A stretch of 64,000 bases of DNA from positions 21,330,001 to 21,394,000 of the forward strand of contig NC_087437.1 in assembly GCF_036321535.1 (NCBI RefSeq), read 5' to 3'. Shown here in pieces: positions 11,001-22,536 of the stretch. The position numbers were made by a program, and so were the translations under genes. A model generated the notes under the pieces. The model did not search any database. It was not told the origin of the DNA and worked only from the letters and a program-made list of their open reading frames with translations. Every line of letters begins with the position of its first letter. Within the stretch, counting starts at the first letter, position 1. The DNA is from Camelus dromedarius (Eukaryota).

Positions 11001-13267
11001 AATACAGAGAAATGTTTTACCCTGGTTTATACTTTTTAATTACACTTTAAAAAATGTTTTATGAACAAGCATTCACTTGTTTTATAATGTAAAAAGCTAC
11101 TGCCATTCTGAAGGGGAAAACAAAGTGAGAATGAGAGTGAGAGAGAATCACACAGCCCCTGAAGCAAGTTGAAGCACTTATAAGTGAGGGATCTGTGCTT
11201 TATGATTAGTAAAACTGAAATCTGCCTTAGAAGCAGTTAAAGGGGCTCTTCTGGGACGTCAGTAATTGTAATACCCAGACATAAAAGCCATGTATTTAGA
11301 TACAATTTACCTTCATCAAATCAACTAGGCTCAGCAGCAGAAACATCATGTTTTGGACTCAAAAGGACATCTAAGTAGGCTATAAACATCCGGTCTCCTG
11401 GAAATTTCAGCCACATCAGAAGTAACCCAAACCAAGTCTAAACAATTTTTCATAAGTACCTGGCCTTAATTCACAGCTTCTTGGCAACAGGGTCCTGACA
11501 CTGTCCAGAAGCCAATTCCTGGTACTTGATGTATTTATTAAAAAACAAAAATTTAAAGACCTGCCTGGAGTTTGGTCCTGGTAAGTCCCTGAATTGACTA
11601 AATGAGATCAATCACCTACGAAAAGGGCTAGAAAAAGAGCTAAAAACTTATGCCAAATCCTGGCACAGGCACCAAATTTTGGCTCCAATTTTATTTCAAT
11701 TTCTTGAGTAACTGGAATCTTTCTGTTTTCCATTAGAATTGTCCAGACACCAAAGATTTCTTTCCCTCAAAGTTCTTTAGGGGGTTCCAGATATAGTTAA
11801 TCACCTTCAATATGTCCAATTAAAAAGAAAAAGTTCACTCAAATAATTGTGGTTTGCCTACATGATGCCAGTATAAGTTATTTATTCACAGCACTGACTT
11901 TCTGGGGGAAAAAAAATTTTGGGGGGGTCTGAATTAGTTTTGGAGAAAACCTTTTTACCCAAGCCTGTATCATATCCTCCTAGAAGAACCAAATTAGTAA
12001 CTTACTGTAGGAAAGAATACACCTATTTTATGGGTTTATAAATATCTCAAATCAGAAATAATGTATATCCCACATCACTTCTATACAGGGCCCAAACTTC
12101 ACAAGCTAAACCTGCAGCCCTAAATAAATGTTTAAAAATGACCCACATTGTGGTGGTGTATGTGTCTGTCAAATTCAGAGAACTCTAGGCTAAAAAGGAT
12201 TAATTCTATTACATGTAAATTATACCTTAAAAAAAGGGGGAAAAGTGACCTAAGCAATTTCATATTTATTAGTAAGAAGTTAATTATGGATTATACAATC
12301 CTTGTGCTTTTTTCTCTTCTGTTACCTTGTTGTCTACTTTTTAAGTTTAATTTATAAACAGGAAGTTCATGTATTTGTCTAAATTATATTCCTCCAGCTA
12401 CCCTCTCTTTTGAAAGTCTTCCTGCAGCATCACCATCTCCCCCCTCTGCAGGATGATTCTCCTCAGCACATAAACACTCACTATTTCTTTCATCTTAAAA
12501 ACAAAAGACAAAACCAATTTTTCTTAATCATGCACAGCTTTCCCGCTACCAACTCATGTCTGTTGCCCTCTGCAGCAAAACTCACAAAATCTGTCAACAT
12601 TTGCTGTCTCCACTTCTCCACTATTTTCTTTAACCCACTCCCACTTCCCACCCCAACTTCACTGAAACTGCTCCTCCAAGATCATCTCCATGTTGCTTTG
12701 CTAAATCCAACGGTCAAATCTCAGTTTTCAACTTATCTTAACCTGCCAGCCATATCTGACACTTTTCAAAATCTCACCTTTCTCTCAAAAACTCTTTACT
12801 TGGCACCCAAGCCACCATTCTCTCTTGGTTCTCCTCCTAACCCACTGGCTTCTCCTTCTCAGTCTTGACTGCTGGATCCCCTCTCTAAAAACTCAGGAGC
12901 CTCTCGTAACGGGGCTCCAACTCTTCTCTGTCTACTCTTCCTCACGAGGTGATCTGATGGCTCCTGTGTACATCCCTCCAGATTACATCTCTCTCCTGAA
13001 CTTCAGAGTCACATATCAAATGTCATTTCCCATATCTCCATTTTGATGTTTAACAGATATCTTAAACTTGACATATTCAGAATCTAACTTCTGATCACTC
13101 TCCATCCCACCAGAAACCTCCTTCTCCCATCTCTTCACCTCAGTAAATGTCAACTCCATTCTTCAACTGTTTAGACCAAAAGAGATCACTGTTGACCTCC
13201 TCTTATACCCTACATTCAATCCATTAATAAACCCTGTTGGCCCTGACTTTAAAACGTATCTTGAATA

Positions 13268-13645
13268 GAGAACAAACTAGTGGTTACCAGTGGGGAGGGG
13301 TGGGGAGGGGCGATACAGGGGTGGGGCGTGTGAGGCAAAATACTGGGTGTAAGACAGGCTCAGGGATGTATTCATTGTACAACACGGGGAATACAAGCAA
13401 TTTTGTAATACCTGTTAATGGAAAGTAACCTTTATAAATTGTATTACAATTTTTTTAAAAGCAGATGAACAATGTAAAAAAACAAAACAAAAAACCTATG
13501 TAACAAGAGGTGGCTGGGTCAGAACATCACTGGTTTACATTTATGATGATGGTCCTTATTTTAAAATCTTATTTAGTTCTTTGTTATACATCTGTATTCA
13601 TACCCACAATAAAAATAATGATTTAATATTTACAAAAAATAAAAT
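13268..13645 (+). mobile_element. 5'-truncated L1 3' end plus probable 3'-transduced sequence
   Basis: L1 3'UTR (gagaacaaactagtggttaccagtgggg...gtaacctttataaattgta), then extra sequence and A tails, all within a 17-bp TSD. Confidence 0.75.
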
Positions 13646-13784
13646 AAAATTTATCTTGAATACAACCACTACTCCACTGCTACCACTCTGATCCAAGTCA
13701 CCATCTCTTGTTTGAATTATTGCAATATTTTCTTGATTCATCAACCTGTTCTGCATTAGGCCCACCTCACCCCACAGCTCTGCT

Positions 13785-14337
13785 CCCAGCCTTCGAATAC
13801 TGTCGTCACTAGACACAGTAGCTATTAAGCACTTGAAATGTAGTTAGTGTGATCAAGGGCCTAATTTCTAAATTTACTGAATTTTAATTAATTTAAATTT
13901 AAAAACTGAAGCAGTATAAAATATTTTCCCATTAAAAACAGCATTATTTTTTTTAAAAAAGATTATGATGTACAAACAAAAACAAAAGTAAAAAACAAAC
14001 AAAAAATGAAAATATTATTTAAAGTAAGTCTTTAAAAAACAGTATTATTGTTTTGGTAGAACTACATTTCACCTCAATTGTTGAAAATTTAGCATCTAAA
14101 CTGAAATGTGCTTTAAGTATAAAATACAGATTTTGAAGGCTAAGTGCTTGAATGTGTACATTATCTCATTAAAAATCTGTTCCTACTGATTGCATGTTCA
14201 ATGATAATGATATACTGGGTTACATACAAATCTATCATCAAAATTAACTTTACTTGTTTCTTTTTTTGCCTTTTTAAATGTGGCTACTAGAAAACTTAAA
14301 ACGACGTGACTCACACTGTACTACTAAACAGCACTGC
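13785..14337. mobile_element. Charlie1/MER33-type hAT DNA transposon remnant
   Basis: gctattaagcacttgaaatgtag...aatttaaattt...tttaaatgtggctactagaaaac...cagcactg termini. Confidence 0.7.
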
Positions 14338-15019
14338 AGTACCCACCATCACACAGCAGGCAGCGTGATCCTGCCTTGTGGAGTAATTCTCTTCAAAACT
14401 CCCCAGCTGGCTTTGCATCTCAGGCAGTGTAAGTCCTCATGACGGTTTACAGAGCCCTATGCCACCCGACTCATTCCTCTGTGACCCTGTCATCTGTCAA
14501 GTCTCTCTTCAATCTCTCCCTTCATTCCACCACGTTCGCCCAGGCCTCTCTGCTATTCCTCAAGCTATGCCCAGCAAGTTTCTGCCTCATGGCCTTTGTC
14601 CTTAAAAGTTTCCTCTGCCTAGAACTTTCTTTCTCCAGAGAGCTATCTACAGCCCTTACTCTCCAGCTTCCTTCAAGTCTCCACTAGGTTGTCACTGCAT
14701 CAGAGATGTCTGACCCCACTGTATACACACTTCTTCACTCATTACGATTTTTCACCAGAGCACTTTTCTCTATACAACGTATGGCATATTTATATTTACT
14801 TCTTATGTGATTATTATCTGTCCAGAGCCTGCCCACTCCCAGAATGCTAAGTTCTACAAGAACGGGGGATTCATTATCTCATTCACCACTTTATCTCCAG
14901 CAGCGAGCATAGTGCCTGGGCTTTAGCAGAGTTCAACAAGTATTTGTTGAACACATGAATGAAGGCTTGAATGTCTGCAGAGAAGCGCACGACACAAATT
15001 CATGAGACAGGTGTAGACA

Positions 15020-16370
15020 GTGAAAACTAAGTCTCCTCCCATCCCCAACCACCACTTAAACCAATCTCTTCCTTAGTGACAGCTACTGGTGCCAGTCTAT
15101 ACATAACCTTCCAGAAATATTCTAGGCATATACAAACATATGTACCTAAATATGCTTTCTCCTTACACAAATGGTTGAATATTATATTAGTTTGCATGTT
15201 GCTTTTTTCCCACCTCATAACACTGTATCTATGTTAGATGTCTTTCCCATCCTGTATAATGTAGTTCTGCTTTAATACTTACTTTGTTAGCTACATAGCA
15301 TTTTTTTTTTATGGCTCGAACAGTTTAAGTCCCTTAAAATGGAAAGCTTTTAGTATTACAAACATTATTAATAGTAAAATCTTTTACTACTACAAACAAT
15401 ACTGCAATGACTACGCATAAGTCGTCACACATACTGGTTGTACCAACTGGATACACCAATTCAACCCTCCGTACAGAAATGCATTACTGTCCATTTCCAC
15501 ATATCCTTACCTACTCAGTGTGTCATTAAACTTTATTTCTGTCAACCTTTAGGTTAAAAAAAGCACCTCATTCTGATTTTATTTTATTTTGGTTTAAACT
15601 TATTATTATGAGTAAGACTGGCCTTTTTTTTTGGTTTAAAAATCTTCTAAATTTTCCTTTGTGAGAATTATGTCCATCTTTCTCTTGGCTGTTGGTGATT
15701 CTTTAAATTGGTAGATCCTCTTTAAATATTGAAGGAATGAGTATATTCTTTCTTACCTGCTGCAAATATTTTTCCCAATTTGACACCTGTCTTTTGCTTT
15801 TATATATGATTTCCTTCGCACATTTTTAAAGAATGTCATCAATTTTATGGTTCTTTCCTTTTATGACTTTAGTGTCATGATAAAAAAAAAGGTCCGTGAG
15901 GATGTTTAAATATTAAAATAAAGAAGGTCAGAGTAACTGCACAGTTTATGTATTTATCTTTGCTCCCCACCCTGGAGGGCCACATCATGCATGGATGTGT
16001 TGTGTTTTACTTCTGTTACAAGTCTGGTATTTCCAGTTGGATATGCTGTTCTTTGAAATTACCTATCATTAGTTGCATGCTAAAGGTTGTATTAAACATC
16101 ACCCATGTTTTCTTATAATACTTTAATGACTTCATTTTAAATTATAAATCTTTGATTCATCTAGAATTTATCTGATGTGACAAGTGAAAGATCCATCTTT
16201 TTTTTTCCTAGATGGCTATTTTTAATAAATAATCAACCCTCCTTCTCCCATGCTAATATGAGAGTCTACTTTGATCATTTACTTATTTAGGTCTATTTAT
16301 TGACTTTCTATTCTGCTCCACTGATCTGCCTATTTACGCGACAGTATCACCAGATTTATTTTATTCATGA
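15020..16370 (-). mobile_element. Old L1 (L1ME-like) antisense fragments
   Basis: T-rich antisense ORF2-like motifs (tgcaaatatttttcccaattt, tctttgattcatctagaattt, ttctattctgctccactgatct). Confidence 0.6.
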
Positions 16371-18399
16371 TTAACATTTCCAACAGAGAACAGAGAGACT
16401 CAGAAAAAGAAAGTGTCAAGTACTTTTTTCCTTCCCTTATATTATATAACTATACAAATTATAATACCTTTTAATTATTTGTTAATAACTGTTATAAAGG
16501 ACTTGACCAGTTTCAAATATAATACTAATGAGGTTAAGTCCCAGGTCAATTCTGGAATAGGCCAATTCATTTTGCAAAGAGCAAAGATTCCACAACCTTC
16601 AGACTGCACTTCTAATTTCAGCCGGCCATCTAGAAAGCAAGAGATGTCACTGGAGACAGAGTAGAGGCAGGAGAAACAATATGGATGGCTCAGGGGATAG
16701 CTAGTTAACACTTTTATTTGAAAAATAACTCAGGCCCAGTAGATCAACAGCACTTGCCTTCATAAATGAAACACATATAAACAACTCATAATTAATTTGA
16801 AAAGACAGCATACCCAACTGGAAATAGCAAATCTGGAAGATCAGTAAAATACAGCACATCCATGTATAATGTGCCTGTCAGGACTGGGGGGGTGAATATA
16901 AATAAATAAATACTGCAGTCACTCTGACTTCCTTCATTGTTACCTTTAAATATGTTCAGATCTTTTTTTTAAGTTTTTATTCTATTTATAGCTTAGCTAC
17001 TAGTAAAGTTATAACATGCATTAACTACACACACCTTGTAATACTGTTACGTTCTATTTTGTTGCATGTGGACTCACTCAGGTTCACCGAAATTGCTAAG
17101 ATTAAATCCAAAGGCCAACATCATTACTAAACTTTTTAACGTGGGTGACCACATCACTATAAATAGGGACAGTGAGGAAGAGAAAAGTTCATAATAGCTC
17201 CAAAGTATAATGGTTAAAGTGACCTCCTTCTCTCTATGTGGTTCCAAAAATGGCAATCAAGCATCCTTCGTGCACAGATAGACAGAAGATCTGAAATGTA
17301 TATTCCTTCATATCAGGGGCATGGAAGCCAAAGCGCGGATGTTTCTGCAGCGGTCAGAACACAGGACTTCTAGGATTCCCCCAAGTGGACCACCTAACCA
17401 GAATCTCCAACGAACCACAGAAAGGATCCTTGAAATGACCGTAACAAAAAACAGCTCTCCAGCCCTCAGGGCACAGCCCTAATGGGACAATAAATCTTTT
17501 ATGTCAGTCTTTCCTACATACTTTCCCTAGAGGATCAAGTCTGTTCTCTTGGCTTTGATAAGCATTTTCACTTGGAGGACACCTTTTAAAACAATTAGCT
17601 ACCTCCCTCTTTCTCTGGTATCCAGAACCATAAATGCCCCAGATTCTTCAATTTGAAAGGAGAAAAAATTTTTCTTTTTCCATCTTCCCACATGCTGGGA
17701 CTTAAATAGTGCTTCTTCATAAATGAATTCCTTAATTTAGGCTCTAGTATCTGGAAAATTATCATTGTTTTCATTTAGTTTATCAAACCTCAAAGCTAAA
17801 AGATCTTAGACACTATGAAGTCCTTTCCCACTAGGTCTCTTTTGCAGAACCTTCCCCTTCCAGTATTTTTTAAATGTCCATCCAAAGACGTTTGTCTCAT
17901 CTAGAGGTCCGATCCCACAGCTTCTTCCCTGGCTTTTTTTATCTTTAGTTAAAACATGTAATTTTGTCCCTTTTTGATTACCTTGCTCAGACAAGGAAAT
18001 CTTTTCGTTCTTAATTTTTTCACTTCTCTCCCACCTGCCTAATTACATCTTCCCATTTCTGGACACTGTATCTTCTGATTAGTAATTGAAGCTTTTGCCA
18101 TATGGCCTCAAACAACTTGGTTCTTCCAGGCCTTCCCAGTAACTCTTCCCGCATGTGCCTGGTCATAAGACACAAAGCGGCGACAAAAGTGGGAGAGGGC
18201 AATGTCCCTCTTATTCAAAATACATACTTGTGGGCTTCACTAGACACGAAAGAATCAGAAACCAGGTGGCAATGCGCATTTTAAACAAGTGCCTCAGATG
18301 ATTCTTAGGCTCAAGCGAGACAGGGACAGGCTGCTTCAAGTTCCCGTCTTCTCTGTGTTCAAATTAAAGAAGCAACAGCATCTAAGTAGACGCCACTCC

Positions 18400-18705
18400 A
18401 CTTATCTCTGTTTTCATTTTAAAGAGAGAAAGGGCCGAGTGACCCTTATTTATTCAGTCGCTTGTTCTTAAATGTTGTATCTTTTCAACGTTCAGCCTAT
18501 TTTCAACCACTACTTTTAGCACCGTCACCACGGCCGATACACCCACCAGATGGCACATAGACGCTGACTGCAAAAGAAAAGAGTGAGCGGAAAGTAGCCC
18601 ATTTTATCTTGTACCAACAGCCCTGAATGGCTAGAGCAGATCATCGCAGCTGGGTGTGCCACAAGGATCAGAGCCAATGAGCACTAGAACACCCAGCCAC
18701 CCAGG
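18400..18705. promoter_or_regulatory. Candidate intronic enhancer: GATA/half-E-box composites, E-boxes, CACCC boxes, CCAAT
   Basis: Motif clustering only; see findings. Confidence 0.35.
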
Positions 18706-21700
18706 GCACTTAAGTGGACATCACTCATGAATAAGCCCACAGCCCCTGTGAGATGGTAACCTGCCACAGACAGCGTTAACAAATAAATCATTTTAAATTT
18801 ACAGTCAGGAGAAGATATTTTTCTAAAAGTTACAAAAGGCAGCAACGACTGCAGACAGATCTAGTATTTAGAAGTTGCCTTCTTAAGATCAATTTTAAAA
18901 CTTTAGGACACTTACACTCAAAAAGACCGAAGGCCACCTGTGAATTAGAATTTCAAAGCAGTTCCATTACTTAACAGATTAAAAAAAAGGGATCCTTGTA
19001 TTCCATCTGCCATACCAAGTAGCTCATTCACAACTGCATTGCCATCAATATTCTTATTTCAACAACGTGTTCCACCGGAGAGCTATTACTGAAGCTACGT
19101 CTAAAGCATATTGCCAAGAGCAAGAAATCTTCTACATCAATATCAACAAAATCTTTTGTATTAAAATCTTACCTATTAAAATATTCTGCAGACTTTTATA
19201 AATAAGTTCCACTGGGTCTACCTGACACACAGTAAGTGCTCAGTTAGATGTCTCTTCATGTTTCTGTCAAAGAAATTGCGAAGAGTTGCCAACCTTTGCA
19301 AAAGTGAGCAAAATGCACAGACAAAGCCCCTGCTGCTGATCTCCAGCTTTAGAGTCAAGACCCAGAAGTTCATCTGAAAACTGGTTGCTTAAAACTTGGT
19401 GGGAAGAAATAATGCTATTACCTCATAGGTTCCTGGAGACACTTGCAAAACAGAGTTAACTCAGAAGACACTTAAAGCACAACACTCACAGCTGCTCCTC
19501 AACAGCAACATAAAAGGTTTTCCTCTCAGAAAAATACAGGCTTCAGGCAAATCTTCCCTCTGACCTCTGCACCAGAGATGCGATATTTTAGGTCGCCATC
19601 AATAGCTTCCAACTCCATAAAAGTATGTAAGACAGAGAGAACGTCTCAATCAGTCACTCTCTGCATCTTCTGACTTGGAGAAAAACAAAAGGGGGAGGCC
19701 CCCTCTCCCCCAGGCCTCAGTTCTGTGCTAGAGCTCATACGTAAGGCAGGAACCACGCGCACCTCACCCCACAAGTCTTCTTTCAGTGTATTGTTCTTAA
19801 GTTGAAGGGTTAACAGTCTCGATTCTTTCTGCACTGCTGCTGTACAGGACTGTCGTGCCTACATCTGTAAGTGACACACATTTTTGATAACTACGACCTA
19901 TGATGCTGTCATAGTTACACACCACATGCGAGCTCACCAGCTTTCTTTAGGGTTGTCTGTTCCATTAGAATTACACATTCTTTGTGCAAAATAATACAAG
20001 TTCTTACTCTAATCAAATCCACAACTCTGTAAATCCATTTTAAACTCCATGTAAGTTAGTTATCTTAGAGAGGAAAAAAAAATAAGGAATAGTTACATAT
20101 TGCTATTCCTAAAAAAGCAAAATGTACATAGACAGTTTAGACTCAATCTTAATTCAAATAGTGATCTGAAAAGTTTCAGTATCTCTAAATTCTGCTGTCA
20201 TTATTTGAAGCAAAGAAATCTTCAGGGGAGCTCACAGGCCCTAGCTAAGAACAAGAGAAACTTTTAATAATCCCCCTGAATGTTGCTATCTTTCCCAGTC
20301 TTCTGCTTAGACCAATTAAACATTTGGGAAACTGCTTAACATTTGCTCCATAGGTAAATTCTGAAAGAAGAAGGTTCAAAGAATTTTGGGGGCTCTTATA
20401 TATTATTACTAACTTTACAGTGTAGGGTAGGGCAAAATTTTATTAAGTGCCTCATATGTGAAAGATCTGGTGCTCAGTACAGGTTTTCTAAGAGCTAACT
20501 TAAAGAAATGCATACAGTTGTAATGTATATAAACACACACTCTGAGAGCACAGAACTTCTGTGTTACTTGTAAAAGAACGGATTTTTACTTTACTCATTA
20601 GCAACTCCACAAACTTAAAAACTACTTTTTGACTGTTTTCATTACATGCATATCGCTTCCAAGCTCTTTCTTCTTACTCTTTTCAGCAGATAAACATTCC
20701 CCTCCTTCGATTAGCTTACTTACTCTAAGCTTCATATCTTTTTTTAAAGAAGGAAACTGCAACCTGCATTTCAATGAAACTCAAAATATTTTCCCCACAT
20801 TTCTTGTTCAAAGATCTTTAGGAATAAGTCTCATGCTTCTCATTGAAGGTAAAATAATCTATCTCTAAATGCAAATAATGTTTCATATTGCAATTTCATT
20901 TTGAGACTTAAAACCTATCGTGCAATGACAAACTTTTGCCACCTAAGTAATCTTTATATATTTTATAATGGCTTTTTCACTAATATTCTATACGATTTAA
21001 TTTTTCCATCATTTAAAGGCACTAAACTTTCTCGCATTTCCTCTAATTACACATAATTTTTTTAAAAAGCCTCTTCAAAAAGTCTGTTAACTCCAAATAT
21101 GTTACTCTATACAGTTTCTTAAACCCTGAATATTAAAGAATAAATGTTAAATGACTAAGTTGTATTTATTCACTGATTAAGTCAGATTTATGACCTCCCC
21201 TCCCCATTCCAGCTACTGTGAATTTTGAATGAAACCACCTCAATTGTAACAGAAGAAACATCTGTTGCTTTTTTCTTCAGCAGGGCTTTCCTAACTGAAA
21301 GAAAGCCTCTTTGCCTGACCTCCTCTCCCACCCCCTCCCCACCCACCCCAAGTTCCTTAAAACTTTTTTCAAAGACAATGTATTACTGAAAATCATACTG
21401 TCTCCATTTAAAATGTCATGGTTTACCTAGAAACATGTACTTTTTTATTAAAGTTCAAAGAAGGAGGAAATGTTATAGACACATCAAAAAACAAGAGATG
21501 TGACTGGCAGAATATTCATTGTAACTAAAATGCAGGCTTTGAGAGCACACTTGAAGTGATCAACTTAAGTTGTCACACATTCTGGGCTCACTCAGTATTG
21601 TTTGTGCTTCACAGCACCCAGATTCATATAGGATCTTGCATGCTATATTTTCTTTGCCACTCCAACGCTAGCATAATGGCAGTCACTACCCCAAGAGGCA

Positions 21701-22395
21701 GACACCAAATGGTGCCACCCACTCTCACACTGTGCCTCATAATAAACCATAAAGCACTGGAATGCACCGACCCCTTTATGAGCAAACAATGCCTGAGCCT
21801 CATTAGAATACAGCTGACATTTTCAAAGCACAAATACTTTTAAGAAAAATGTACTTGGAGGGGGAAAAAAAGGAATGAAACAGCTTATAAAAGCTGAAAT
21901 GTTTTTTTAAGTGTCAGGTTTATTCCAAAGATCCCGAGGAAGCTCATTTTGCTACTGACAATTTAAAAGTTTTCATAAATGGGAAAAAAAATGTATAGTT
22001 AGAGGCAAAGCTTATTTTATTCACTACTGGAAAGAAATGAAAGTAAAAACTCACATCTGAATTGCTCTCACAAGTAAGTAACCACGAAGTACCTTTAAGA
22101 TTTTTTTCCTCAACTGCTTCCTTAGTTCTTGAACAGAGAAAATGGAGCTCCAGAATTGTTTTTACATTTTAATTGACTTATATAAGTAACTGAGTGTTAA
22201 ACTAAGCTTACTTTACCCCTCCCCCCATCCCAACCCCCATACCCTGTAGTTTTCCTGTCTGCAACAAGCAAGGACGTCTTGAATTCAGCGTGCTCCTGGC
22301 TATCTATCAATTTAACATTGCTGCTGTTGAAAGATTATAAAATAAACGCCACAAAAAACGCACCCAGCAGTAAGAAACAAAATGATCTCTCTTAC

Positions 22396-22536
22396 CTGGT
22401 CTAAAGGAGCATGCCTCTCACTGCAGTACCAACAACACTCTCCAGTCTTTGTTACCATTCAGTGGAAACTTGAGACTGTGTCAGACATAAGCAATCGAGC
22501 TCAGACACGCTCAATTTAAAATACTTCTCAGTAAAA
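22396..22536 (-). other. TFDP2: Candidate alternative 5' (non-coding) exon of TFDP2; 5' boundary uncertain (internal TSS, or acceptor at 22537)
   Basis: Strong donor CAG|GTAAGA at 22390-22398 in a block with no recognisable repeats. G-runs lie downstream on the minus strand (22216-22244). There is an in-frame stop and no in-frame ATG relative to the 104-nt exon. Confidence 0.55.

Larger units (their letters stand above)
12400..14963 (+). mobile_element. L2 element interrupted by an L1 3' end insertion and a Charlie1/MER33-type DNA transposon
   Basis: L2-like body, ending in the L2 terminus ...catagtgcctggg...gtatttgttgaacacatgaatgaa at ~14900-14963. L2 sequence resumes after each insertion. 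Confidence 0.75.

Noticed and set aside
12410..12868. Longest ORF in the track (152 aa), and the similar ORFs at 8201-8593 and 32907-33329
   Set aside because: They lie within L2/L1/MIR remnants, show no recognisable domain and have chance-level lengths.
19167..19175. Isolated donor-like motifs here and at ~34526 and ~45358
   Set aside because: No paired acceptor or other support.
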